A stretch of 57,837 nt of DNA, from IMG/VR virus record IMGVR_UViG_3300044557_000566, one strand, 5' to 3'. Of the stretch, positions 40,396 through 50,227 are shown piece after piece (the stretch's first letter is position 1; each line of letters opens with the position of its first letter). The DNA is from an uncultured virus (IMG/VR IMGVR_UViG_3300044557_000566) (Duplodnaviria > Heunggongvirae > Uroviricota > Caudoviricetes). Below the pieces are notes generated by a model. The model made no database searches, was not told the DNA's origin, and saw only the letters and a list, made by a program, of their open reading frames with translations. A program made the translations under genes and the position numbers.

Positions 40396-41151
40396 CTATT
40401 GAATGGTAGATGAATACAGATCTTTATAAGACGTGACTCCTACCTCATTGAGACTAACAGTCTTATCATGATATGGAATAGAACCACGTCCTACCTTGGA
40501 TAAGATCCAATTCGTATCCTTTTGTGGTTCGCTATTGCTAGACGTACTCTTCATGTGGACAATATGAGAACTAGATCTGTTTACTATTCCTATAACAGGG
40601 ATACCAAGTCTAACTCGACCTTCTGATACACCATCGCCACATTGCACCCGAATGTTAAGATCATAATCTCTTAAGTGCTTGATCGTTGTGCTATTAACGG
40701 TAAGATTAATGTCACCGTTATCATCACTATGATAGAATGTTGTTTCTATCTTAACTTCTTTCTTGTTATCATCTTTATTAGAATCATTGGAATAATTTGG
40801 TGCCACGGGCGTCTCGTTACTAAGTACACCTTGATTGTAATATGACTCCTTGGGGAATCCTACGCCAACCTCGTGATCTGATAGACCTGTCTTCACTGTT
40901 GAAGACAATTCCTCCCCACGATATAGAGTCTTAAGGTTACCGTCAACTATGTGCTCTCCTGAATGATCTAGACTATGAGATTGTCCCACATAGCAATTAG
41001 ATAAGCTTGATCCACTAGCATTAACTAAATGAAGTGTTGTTGTAATAGTTCTGTGACCATAAGAATAAGCTGTAATCAAAACTATCATAGTTGCTATTGC
41101 AATAAGTAGAATTGAAATAATATTTTTTATTCTTTTATTCTGCATGATCAC
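40396..41151 (-). CDS. Secreted or membrane-anchored hypothetical protein
   Basis: N-terminal signal/TM; LHLVNASGSSLSNCYVGQS and YHSDDNGDI shared with the adjacent paralogue. Confidence 0.75.
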   Translation of the reverse strand: MIMQNKRIKNIISILLIAIATMIVLITAYSYGHRTITTTLHLVNASGSSLSNCYVGQSHSLDHSGEHIVDGNLKTLYRGEELSSTVKTGLSDHEVGVGFPKESYYNQGVLSNETPVAPNYSNDSNKDDNKKEVKIETTFYHSDDNGDINLTVNSTTIKHLRDYDLNIRVQCGDGVSEGRVRLGIPVIGIVNRSSSHIVHMKSTSSNSEPQKDTNWILSKVGRGSIPYHDKTVSLNEVGVTSYKDLYSSTIQ

Positions 41152-42229
41152 TTATAATCTCCTGTATTGTTTCAAATGTTGATTCTGTCAATCTGGTTGC
41201 TATATTCCCATTACTTTCATCAACATCATCATCGGTTAGATCGTCACAAGAACCACTTAAACAAACCTCTCCTTTATTAACTCCAATAGCCATTAACGAT
41301 AATGAATTCGGATCATCTATAGCAATAGCTGCTCCACTCTCACCAGAAGTTTCATCAAATGAGTGAGCTATATTTTCTCCATTGTTAAATATTTCTTTAA
41401 TATGATTTCCATATTGTGTCCACATTGTCCAATCAGACTTATCACTCGGGTAACCGGTTAACCTAGCATCAGCATATGATCCCCAAACATACTCATCTAG
41501 AACACCATATCCATACCATCCAACTTGATCTCCAATAGAATCATTAAGAACAATGATTCCCCAATCATTAAGATTATCAGTACCATCAGAATAACTCTAA
41601 CTAATTGCTTCTCCTGATGCTGATGATTTTATACTAGAATTAGGAATTGGATTACCATTAGAATCTTGAGTAGAATCAACGGCTCCAGCATAGACTGTAA
41701 AATCCTTATTCCAAGTTTCAGAATCTATATCATAAAGGCAATGAGCTGCCGTAAGAACAATATTAGATCCTATAAGAACGCCACTGCATCCAAGACCTCC
41801 GCTCCCTGATCCATTATTAGCTGTTATAGCGATTATAGGAGCATAAACTGGATTACTCTCTGTGGCTGTCACCTGGGTACGATCATCGTCCCCAATGATC
41901 ATGTACGGGGTGATGCCGGAAGAAGTATCTGATTCTGTTCCATTATCTTTGAACGGCGTCCAACCGTGATGAACATAAGATCGACTTGAAGATGAGGACA
42001 ATGATTTTGATAATGTTTTCGGAACGGATCTTGTCCCAGACTCATTAGGATTCATACTGCCATCATGCCATAAGTATGATAATGATTCTTGTGAAGAAGA
42101 TCTTGTTGTCGATGCACTGGCCGATTCTGGATTCAACGCTATCATTAAAACTGAGATCATTGATGCAGTTTTGATAATCGACAGCGTTTTTACTATTCTA
42201 ATATGAACGGCACTATTAATCCTATCCAT
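41135..42229 (-). pseudogene. Secreted trypsin-like (V8 / glutamyl endopeptidase-type) serine protease split by one in-frame TAG (41597-41599)
   Basis: TAAHC before the stop; hand translation after it gives SYSDGTDNLNDWGIIVL...TGYPSDK..WTMWTQ, joining in frame to ORF 41135..41425 with GESGA. Confidence 0.85.
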
Positions 42230-42328
42230 GATTTTATCTTCGTTGAGTCTTAACGGTTAATTCTAATATGAGACTAAATGGTAAGATATCAATAAGATTC
42301 ACGAGGAGGAGTATTAGAACAACCGGCC

Positions 42329-43309
42329 TCACACGGATGGAGATGGTATCCTCCTAGACAAGTCCTCAAAGACTGCCGTGGACTCACGAATCTCTCGCGC
42401 GTCCTGCGAGTATGATTCAAGCTTATCATCAAGGCTACTCAGGACCGTCACCATATGATCCAGCTCGCGGTTGACCACGTCGCTATCCTGCCGCTCACTG
42501 TTATCCTTCTTGAGAAGACTCCTCGCATGATTCACCACGTCGCCATCCAGGCCAACACCCACAAGCGCGGCCTTCTCCACGACGCGATTCAAGAGATCAT
42601 TCAACCGCTCGTAGGTATAGTTAATACTGTCAACGGTATCCCTCGGGGAGATTCCGGGGTCCATGAGCTCTCGGGCGATCGTCTCGTTAACAATCCTAAT
42701 AATCTCCTCCTGCTCGGCCTTTGAATCCCTCACACCATCGGCATCAGTGACTACGGACACTACAGCGCCTTCGAGCACGTGGTTACTCAACCCGGTAATA
42801 CGGAATGCTTGGTTACAAGAATCAAGATGAAGATTCTTGTTACACCAATTGTTAAGATCATCAGGACCATAATTAAATCCAATGATCGCGTCACGCCCCC
42901 TAACGCGCATCCTCAACACGGTTCCAGCTTTCAATGGATTAATGGGCCCCGGGCCATCCAGTAATGACTTCTCCCCCATAACAGATCTCGAGATATTCAT
43001 AACCATTGTTGCGCTTGAGAGACCTAACACCAAGAGAGCAATCGGGGCTACAAAGACCGCCGCGATGGTACCGAGCAGGTAAGGAGTTCTCACCGCAAAC
43101 AGGAAATTAGTGAGGAGCAGTCCAGCTGAGGCTAGGACGACGGGGAGCTGGCAGATGAACGCGAGCTTGGACTTGCGCTCGCTATACCATCGATACCACC
43201 TGTGATGAAGCTTCCTGCCAGTCGATCTAACCCACTTGTCCTCGCGATCGATTCTAGTAGATATGATGCGCGCTTCTTCCACCCCATGTGGATTATTCAT
43301 CGTAATCAT
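42329..43309 (-). CDS. Hypothetical membrane protein (2 TM plus coiled coil)
   Basis: 326-aa ORF. Confidence 0.7.
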   Translation of the reverse strand: MITMNNPHGVEEARIISTRIDREDKWVRSTGRKLHHRWYRWYSERKSKLAFICQLPVVLASAGLLLTNFLFAVRTPYLLGTIAAVFVAPIALLVLGLSSATMVMNISRSVMGEKSLLDGPGPINPLKAGTVLRMRVRGRDAIIGFNYGPDDLNNWCNKNLHLDSCNQAFRITGLSNHVLEGAVVSVVTDADGVRDSKAEQEEIIRIVNETIARELMDPGISPRDTVDSINYTYERLNDLLNRVVEKAALVGVGLDGDVVNHARSLLKKDNSERQDSDVVNRELDHMVTVLSSLDDKLESYSQDAREIRESTAVFEDLSRRIPSPSV

Positions 43310-43703
43310 TCCAATCTCTCATGGAAACCTGGTCTCTAGCAGTAATAGCGTCGTATTGCACTACCTGACCGGACGGAACCTGAGACACGAGCTGGTGGAA
43401 GAGACTCATCCCCCTTGAAGAATCCAGCAACTCCGCTCTTCTCTCCTCAGGAGTAGATCCGTGTAGATGAGACGTCATGTTCAAAAGCATCACTAGACGG
43501 TCATGATGCTCATCATGCATTTGACGACCAGTCATCCACCCGTTAACCGTTCTTGGGTAGACCCCGAAGAGCCTTCCCAATTGGCTAGATGATAGCCCGG
43601 TAAGATCTCGTAACCTTACCATGTCATCTGCACTATTGGTATCAATAGAATGACTCTTCACCAGAGAACACCGCCCGTCAATCATCGAATAAGATTCCGT
43701 CAA
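43293..43703 (-). CDS. XRE-type helix-turn-helix protein
   Basis: LRDLTGLSSSQLGRLFGVYPRTVNGWMTG; same family as 15406..15867. Confidence 0.75.
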   Translation of the reverse strand: MTESYSMIDGRCSLVKSHSIDTNSADDMVRLRDLTGLSSSQLGRLFGVYPRTVNGWMTGRQMHDEHHDRLVMLLNMTSHLHGSTPEERRAELLDSSRGMSLFHQLVSQVPSGQVVQYDAITARDQVSMRDWNDYDE

Positions 43704-43711
43704 CAGACATA

Positions 43712-44314
43712 TTAACGTGTCTTAATGATCTCATCAACAAGACCATACTTGACGGCATCCCCGGCCGTGAAGACCTTGTTAAACTCGATGTCCTTACGAA
43801 TCAACCCCCTGCTCTTACCCGTGTACTCGGAGAGCGTGGACTCCATCCACGCGCGGATACGATCAAGCTCCCCGGCAAGAACGGCGATCTCCGTTGCCTT
43901 GCCTCCCTCATTGCTCATGGCGGGCTGGTGGAGTACGACCCGCGCGTTCGGCAAGATGAACCTCTTACCACGAGTACCTGCCGCCAGGATGATGGCAGAT
44001 GCGGCCACCGCCTGCCCCAGGCATACGGTCTGCACGTCCGTCTGCACGTACCTCATCGTGTCCACGATGGCCGTCATGGCCGAAGTAGATCCTCCCGGCG
44101 AGTTCACGTAGATCGTCACGTCACGACGCCCGTCTTCCGCCTCAAGGGCGAGCAGCTGGGCTATCACGTCATTCGCCACCACGTCTGTCACTGGCTGCCC
44201 GAGGAAGATCACCCTGTCCTCATAGAGTCTGTCATATGGATCAATCCTCAGGTATCCCCCGTCACTGAGCCTCTTCGCCATTGACGGCAGTATGCGGCCA
44301 TACGTGTCAGCCAT
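43712..44314 (-). CDS. clpP2: ClpP2-like subunit lacking catalytic Ser and Asp
   Basis: DPYDRLYEDRVIFLG, YVNSPGGS, HQP and YGLVDEI; nucleophile region reads GQAVAAS and the Asp region DIEFN. Confidence 0.88.
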   Translation of the reverse strand: MADTYGRILPSMAKRLSDGGYLRIDPYDRLYEDRVIFLGQPVTDVVANDVIAQLLALEAEDGRRDVTIYVNSPGGSTSAMTAIVDTMRYVQTDVQTVCLGQAVAASAIILAAGTRGKRFILPNARVVLHQPAMSNEGGKATEIAVLAGELDRIRAWMESTLSEYTGKSRGLIRKDIEFNKVFTAGDAVKYGLVDEIIKTR

Positions 44315-44378
44315 TCTCCATCCCCTTCCCTAAGATTCCCCGCATGTCTGATGAACTTGTCATGATTCTCCTCTCGAC

Positions 44379-45002
44379 TCACTTGATGTCATCGATCGTG
44401 CTCACGATGTGATCAACGAACCCGTAGTCAAGAGCTTCCTGGGCCGAGTACCAGTGATCATACTCATTGTCCTTCAGGATCTTCCTCACCGTATGGCCAG
44501 TCTGACCTGCCGTCAGTTCTGCCATCTTCCTCTTCATGTCGAGGATGAGATCAGCATCAATACGCACGTCAGTCTGTGTTCCACCCGCCCCTCCTGAGGG
44601 CTGGTGCATGAGCACGCGGGTCTCGTCGAGGAGGAACCTGTGACCAGGCTCACCTGACGACAAGATGAACTGTCCCATGCTAGCACATAGGCCAAGTCCA
44701 ACCGTCCATACTGGCGCGCTGATCGATGTCATTATTGAGTACAGGGCCATGCCCGCTGTCACGGATCCTCCCGGCGAGTTGATGAAGAGTATGATGGGCT
44801 TAATCTTATCCTCACCGTTCATGATGATGAGACGGGCGGCAAGCTCATTGCAATTGTCATCACTGACCTCACCACGTAGCCAGAGGATCCTATTAGCACT
44901 CAACCTCTTGTACGGGTCATCTTGATTACGATCGTGACTCACTAATTCATGCGAGCCCGAGTCGAATTCTAATATTCCATTCATGTGTGACCATGGTACC
45001 AA
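44379..45002 (-). CDS. clpP1: ATP-dependent Clp protease proteolytic subunit ClpP1
   Basis: FINSPGGSVTAG, GLCASMGQF, MHQPSGG and EYDHWYSAQEALDYGFVD; triad intact. Confidence 0.92.
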   Translation of the reverse strand: MVPWSHMNGILEFDSGSHELVSHDRNQDDPYKRLSANRILWLRGEVSDDNCNELAARLIIMNGEDKIKPIILFINSPGGSVTAGMALYSIMTSISAPVWTVGLGLCASMGQFILSSGEPGHRFLLDETRVLMHQPSGGAGGTQTDVRIDADLILDMKRKMAELTAGQTGHTVRKILKDNEYDHWYSAQEALDYGFVDHIVSTIDDIK

Positions 45003-45110
45003 AAACGATCAATAGGAATGGAATGACGCAACACTCGGGTTGAATATTCTTTTGAAGACCCATATTAGACAACTGATCAGCAAGCGATTCCACTTGGTAC
45101 CATACCCGTT

Positions 45111-45392
45111 ATGGCGTACATTACGAGTAGAGAACTCCTCAGGAGGGTCGCTGAGAAGACGGGTTCTAGTGAGTACATGGTGAACAAGATCATGTCCACG
45201 CTCACTGACGAGATCGCCAGCAGCCTGGATGAGGACACTGACGTTAAGATCCGCGGCATCGGAACGGTGACCGTGAAGATCATGAAGCCGAGGAGGCTGT
45301 ACTCTCCAGCTGAGGGCAAGATGGTAACGATCCCAGAGCGTAAGAACGTGGTTATCAAGCCGTCAAAGACCATTGAGAGATCGCTGAGCTAG
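45111..45392 (+). CDS. hup: HU/IHF family DNA-binding protein
   Basis: ELLRRVAEKTG, VKIRGIGT and PRRLYSPAEGKMVTIPER..V.IKPSK. Confidence 0.85.
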   Translation: MAYITSRELLRRVAEKTGSSEYMVNKIMSTLTDEIASSLDEDTDVKIRGIGTVTVKIMKPRRLYSPAEGKMVTIPERKNVVIKPSKTIERSLS

Positions 45393-45557
45393 CTTGACGC
45401 TCTCCACAAGAGAGCCATTTGACCCGCGGGACAATGCCGTCCCCCAGTCTTGCCCTCCCGATCGTTAGCACCAGCTGTTCTACAGCACTATCTGATAGGG
45501 GTTGATAAGACTAGTTAACCGTTGGTCTGGTCGCTAATACGATCAAGATCATGGCGT

Positions 45558-47570
45558 CTACTCATCCCTGATTCCATGAGCTCCGTCCCTGAGCACGATG
45601 ATCCCGGGGATGAATGCGCTCACCCAGCCGATCACGATGCTGGCCACGACAAGCCACGAGATAAGGAGCAACGGGAATCCTCCACCCCCAATCGTACTCA
45701 TGCCGACGATCACGCCAACCACACTACCAGCAATGGTTGACGATAGACCCGCGAACCCAGTGATCATTACCGCCTCCATCCATAGTGACCTCTTCAACTG
45801 CATGCCACTCATGCCGTAAGCAGATAGTAGCCCAAGCTCCCTCTTCCTCTGCATGATGGACAATGTCATCATCGTCATGAGCCCAAGAACGCTCACCGTG
45901 ATGACTAGGGATGCTGCCGCGTACTCGACTAGGAGTGTCTGTAGAGCCGAGGCTCCCCATGACTTGATTCTAGACTCCCTATCCTCGCCCACGTAGTCTT
46001 TACCGTACCTAGACCTCCATGCTCTCACGAACCCGTGGTCATTAGGATCAGTGGTCACGATGTACGCGCTGGTCGCGTGCGTAAGCTTGTACGCGGAATC
46101 ACTCACGAAGATACCGTCAGAGCTGTACCCGTCTATGATAGCCCCAACCCTTATCACGACGTTCTTACCATGCGTCTCATCTTTGACCGTGAGCTTTTGA
46201 CCGACCTTGAGCCCATACTTTTCAGCATTCTTGGACCCGACTATAGCCTGTCCCTCCTCATAGGCCTCGGCAACATCGGGATGGCCAACAATCATATCCT
46301 CGAACGGGTTGCTGCCCTTGACCGCATGAATACGGTACAAGTACACGTCATTGTCAGCCTGATCGGTCTTCCCCACGTTAAGAACGGTTCCCTGGAACTC
46401 GTAGACGGCATCAACCGTACCCATCTGAGCCCATTCCTGAACGTCAGAATCACGGAACGCCCTAGGAGTTGACCCATTCGCGTTATTATTGATCTTGAGC
46501 GTACCGTTATACCCCGTTGCTGCTTCAAGGGAATCCTGATCGCTCTGCCATGACCCCACAACGGTAACCGCTCCAAGGAACATGACGCCAACAGTGAACG
46601 CGGTTGCAACCGCCACAGCGCTCGTCCCCCTCGCCGTTACAGACCTCACCGCCATCTTGAAGACTGGAGCATTCAGATTCCTCGTGATCTTATCGATGAG
46701 CCCGAACAGTCCGCGGAATAGTATCGGGAACGAAATATAGAATCCCATGACGATGAGGGCAGATGCCCCGACAGCAGTCTCCACGGTCACGCTACCGCCC
46801 ATGAACGCGATGAGGTTACCCGTCACCATGACCGTGATTCCAATGAGGAATCGCGTGCTATCGGAGATGCGGGAGTGATTCCTCTCCCGCTCTCCAAGCG
46901 TTCCCATAGCAGCGTTCTTTGATGGTCCCCATGATGCTATCATGCTGGCCAGCAGCCCACCGATGACAGCAACCGGTATCGACCACCATGAGAAGTTCAG
47001 GGCTGCCTCGTTTAACCCGCCTCCGTCCAGCGTCCTCAGCCACGGAATCATTGAAGACACGATGGCCACTCCCACGCCCACTCCGAGGAATGATCCAAGC
47101 GTGGCCGCCACGAGCGTCTGCAGCCTGATCGTCCACTCCAAGTCTATAGGATCTTCACCCATGAGGAGGAGTAGAGTGTAGTCCTTCCTAGACTCTAATC
47201 CAGCAACGATCACGGTCTGTCTTATGTTCACGATCCCAGTGATGAGGCAGGCGATGGCAGAGAACCAGAACACGAACTGCATGTCAGAATCACCGATCTT
47301 CAAGATGAGGGCGATCGTGGCCGCCGTCACGCCGAAGAACACGGCCGTAACGATACTCAGCCACCTGCTCTTATTCCTCCAGAGCTGCCTCCAGAACACG
47401 TTGCGCAGGAGCCCACTCCTGTCCAGGGGTCGGAAGTGATCTTTCGAAGATCTGGCGGCCAGCATGTGCGCATCTACACGATCTGTAAAATTCAAACGAT
47501 GCTCCCTAAGATAATAAACTGGATTATTCTGATTCCTGAGATCCGGCATCAGCACGGGATGGATTACCAT
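45558..47570 (-). CDS. FtsX-like / MacB-type ABC transporter permease
   Basis: Multiple TMs; QRKRELGLLSAYGM...LWMEA FtsX motif. Confidence 0.85.
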   Translation of the reverse strand: MVIHPVLMPDLRNQNNPVYYLREHRLNFTDRVDAHMLAARSSKDHFRPLDRSGLLRNVFWRQLWRNKSRWLSIVTAVFFGVTAATIALILKIGDSDMQFVFWFSAIACLITGIVNIRQTVIVAGLESRKDYTLLLLMGEDPIDLEWTIRLQTLVAATLGSFLGVGVGVAIVSSMIPWLRTLDGGGLNEAALNFSWWSIPVAVIGGLLASMIASWGPSKNAAMGTLGERERNHSRISDSTRFLIGITVMVTGNLIAFMGGSVTVETAVGASALIVMGFYISFPILFRGLFGLIDKITRNLNAPVFKMAVRSVTARGTSAVAVATAFTVGVMFLGAVTVVGSWQSDQDSLEAATGYNGTLKINNNANGSTPRAFRDSDVQEWAQMGTVDAVYEFQGTVLNVGKTDQADNDVYLYRIHAVKGSNPFEDMIVGHPDVAEAYEEGQAIVGSKNAEKYGLKVGQKLTVKDETHGKNVVIRVGAIIDGYSSDGIFVSDSAYKLTHATSAYIVTTDPNDHGFVRAWRSRYGKDYVGEDRESRIKSWGASALQTLLVEYAAASLVITVSVLGLMTMMTLSIMQRKRELGLLSAYGMSGMQLKRSLWMEAVMITGFAGLSSTIAGSVVGVIVGMSTIGGGGFPLLLISWLVVASIVIGWVSAFIPGIIVLRDGAHGIRDE

Positions 47571-48339
47571 GACCAGTTGTAATTCTTGACAGATCAGCCG
47601 CCCTCGTCATAGCGTCCTCAAGATCATTCCTCTTCGGGTGCTCGATATCGTCAGTGATCCTTCCATCTGAAAGCACCAGACCCCTGTCCGATAGCTGGGC
47701 GGCATCCATGCTATGCGTGACCATGATGACCGTGAGCCCAAGATCATCAACCATTGACCGTAGGAGACGGAGGACCTCACCCGTAGACTTAACGTCAAGG
47801 GATCCCGTTGGCTCATCTGCCAGCACGACGGGTGGACGCTGGAGTAGAACCCTCGCGAGCGCTGTCTTCTGTTGTTGTCCCCCCGAGAGCTCTGACGGCA
47901 TGTGTTCTAGTCGATTCGTAAGCCCAAGCGAGTCCACGATGCTCTTCATCCTGTCACGATCATAACGCTTACCGTCAAGAGACATTGGGAGCAGGATATT
48001 CTCCCTGCACGTGAGCACGGGTATGAGCCCGTACTGTTGGAAGATGAATCCTATTGACCTTCTCCTGAACTCAGATCTTCTGCTCTTCCCCAGGGATTGC
48101 ACTGGGATGCTATTAATGATCGACGAGCCCTCATCTGGCTCATCGAATCCAGACATGCAGTGCAGTAGGGTAGACTTGCCGGAGCCCGACGCGCCAACTA
48201 TGGCTGTCATCTCGCCCTTCCTGAACCTCACGGTGACGTGATCCAGCGCGAGCACCCGAGCCTCGCCAGTACCATACGTCTTCGTTAGATTGCTGGCAGA
48301 CGCTGCTATTAGCCCATCAGTTGTTCCATTGATAGTCAT
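47524..48339 (-). CDS. ABC transporter ATP-binding protein (LolD/MacB-like)
   Basis: GASGSGKST, IGFIFQ, LSGGQQQ, ADEPTGSLD and VTH. Confidence 0.95.
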   Translation of the reverse strand: MTINGTTDGLIAASASNLTKTYGTGEARVLALDHVTVRFRKGEMTAIVGASGSGKSTLLHCMSGFDEPDEGSSIINSIPVQSLGKSRRSEFRRRSIGFIFQQYGLIPVLTCRENILLPMSLDGKRYDRDRMKSIVDSLGLTNRLEHMPSELSGGQQQKTALARVLLQRPPVVLADEPTGSLDVKSTGEVLRLLRSMVDDLGLTVIMVTHSMDAAQLSDRGLVLSDGRITDDIEHPKRNDLEDAMTRAADLSRITTGHGNPSRADAGSQESE

Positions 48340-48414
48340 GGATTGAAGATATCAGACGAAATGGGTCTTTCCGGGTAGCAGGCCATCAGGGGCTGGTATC
48401 CACCGGTAAGATCT

Positions 48415-49011
48415 TCAGGAGACTCTGATGGGATCCCGGTCTCCTCCGAACGTGCGTGAAAGATCCAAATCGTGGATCGCCCCGTCGGCAGGTCTTATAA
48501 TGAAGAGTGTATTTTGTGAGTGCTTGGGATCGGTCACCCACGCAATGACCTTACGGTACTCCCGCTCAAGGGCTCTTAGCCGCGAGTCAGCATACTTCTC
48601 GTCAATGAGCAGACGATCACTCATCCAGTCTTCACCTCTGTGAGACCACGCCTTAAGCACGGCGGCTGCATGACCGGCGGCCGCCTCCCATTCCTCCCGG
48701 ATCGCATCGTCAAGATCATGCTGATTCAGCTTAGCGTCCTGTAATCGTAAGGACGCTTCACTCTGGAACCATCCTGGGATGGGCTCATCATGCTTGACCT
48801 TCCATTCAAGCATCTCACCCATCCTTCTCGTCTCAACGTCCATCATCGATTCAGCATCAGATCTAGACCACCCGCGGAATATGCTCACGAACCAGTCACC
48901 AATTGGGCTCAGCACCCGCCTCACACCGTACAAGAATGACGAGAGACCGTTAATCACCCTGCTATCATGATCCGTATCCACGACAGACCCCATCTTATCC
49001 TCATCAGTCAT
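48415..49011 (-). CDS. Hypothetical protein
   Basis: 198-aa ORF with AAGGAGG RBS. Confidence 0.65.
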   Translation of the reverse strand: MTDEDKMGSVVDTDHDSRVINGLSSFLYGVRRVLSPIGDWFVSIFRGWSRSDAESMMDVETRRMGEMLEWKVKHDEPIPGWFQSEASLRLQDAKLNQHDLDDAIREEWEAAAGHAAAVLKAWSHRGEDWMSDRLLIDEKYADSRLRALEREYRKVIAWVTDPKHSQNTLFIIRPADGAIHDLDLSRTFGGDRDPIRVS

Positions 49012-49055
49012 GCATCCTCCTTATAGAAGATCCCCACGATCATCATTTCTTTCAT

Positions 49056-49439
49056 CTAGATCAGGAATGGGTTCACTGGCGCGTCATACGCCCCACCCAT
49101 ACCCGTGGCGTCACGCCCCGACGTGACCTTGATTGGCTCGGCCTCAGGATTCGACAGGACGTCCTTAAGACCGTCCTCCCTGATCTTCTCCCTTGACTCA
49201 TAATCGTACAGGGTCTTCCTCGCCCTGTCAAGGAACCTATCGACCTCCCGGGCGTCATACCATCGCCCACTACTCTTAGCTCTGAAGGTAACCGTCTTCA
49301 CCTCATCAGAAGTCACGTCTACCCCATCGGTAGGCTCAGGGCTATCATGCTTCCCGTCTTCAATCCTAGCAGCATTCCTCTTATCGTCATCCTCATCATG
49401 AGGACGATCAGGATCGCCTTCCTTCTTGAACCAGCTCAT
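49056..49439 (-). CDS. DivIVA-domain protein
   Basis: VTSDEVKTVTF...YDAREVDRFLD. Confidence 0.75.
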   Translation of the reverse strand: MSWFKKEGDPDRPHDEDDDKRNAARIEDGKHDSPEPTDGVDVTSDEVKTVTFRAKSSGRWYDAREVDRFLDRARKTLYDYESREKIREDGLKDVLSNPEAEPIKVTSGRDATGMGGAYDAPVNPFLI

Positions 49440-49441
49440 GC

Positions 49442-50227
49442 TTATTCCTCCAATCTTCCAGTAAAGAGCGCTCCAGCAGTCATCGAGAAGATTCCATTCC
49501 CCTGGATCGTATTCCTCGACATATAGAGTCCTCTATTCGTATGCACGGTTGTAGATAGATATGACTCCCGGCCGCCAAGCAGGCCAACCAGACGGGCTCG
49601 GGTGGGTCTACCATGACTCATCCATGAATCGTACTCACTACCGTGGCCAGTTGCAGACAAACGCGATGTTAGTATTGAGTGGTAGCAGTAAAGCACGTCT
49701 TCCATCTGTAACTCTGGTCTATTCAGTACTAATGATGACAACTGCACTTCTAGGACAATTGATTCTACATTATGGTCATCACGGACGTAGGCGATCTTCC
49801 CAGTATTCCGATCTTCGCTACGCAGTATCTCATTCACGTTGTGATCGATCATAGATATAATCCGCGGCGCGAACATCACGACCTCATACCCGTTCACCTC
49901 ATCTGTACCGTGAACGTGTGGGATAGTACTCCTCTTGAGGTCATCGATTACAGCATGATCATCTATAATGACGACCTTGAACCCTGGGTATGAGCTAAGA
50001 TCTTCGATGTCGAGTACGGATACCAGACTGTCAAACGCATTCAGAACTATAGTCGACAACGCCCCAACGTCTATTCTGCTAGCATTACTAGCCCAAATAG
50101 CAACCAGGACGCGAGCATCTTTTAGGATGCAGAATGGGCCTCCATCGCCATTAGGAATGGGGAGACGCCTCACCACTCCAATGTACTCAGTCATGTCCAA
50201 CGTCATCATTCCCATCATTAAGATCAT
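49442..50227 (-). CDS. Hypothetical protein
   Basis: 261-aa ORF in operon context. Confidence 0.65.
   Translation of the reverse strand: MILMMGMMTLDMTEYIGVVRRLPIPNGDGGPFCILKDARVLVAIWASNASRIDVGALSTIVLNAFDSLVSVLDIEDLSSYPGFKVVIIDDHAVIDDLKRSTIPHVHGTDEVNGYEVVMFAPRIISMIDHNVNEILRSEDRNTGKIAYVRDDHNVESIVLEVQLSSLVLNRPELQMEDVLYCYHSILTSRLSATGHGSEYDSWMSHGRPTRARLVGLLGGRESYLSTTVHTNRGLYMSRNTIQGNGIFSMTAGALFTGRLEE

Noticed and set aside
39994..41599. Genome-wide stop-codon reassignment (TAG or TGA read as sense)
   Set aside because: Full-length conserved genes end normally at TAG (thioredoxin, HU) and TGA (nrdE, nrdF, clpP1), and long ORFs are intact under the standard code.
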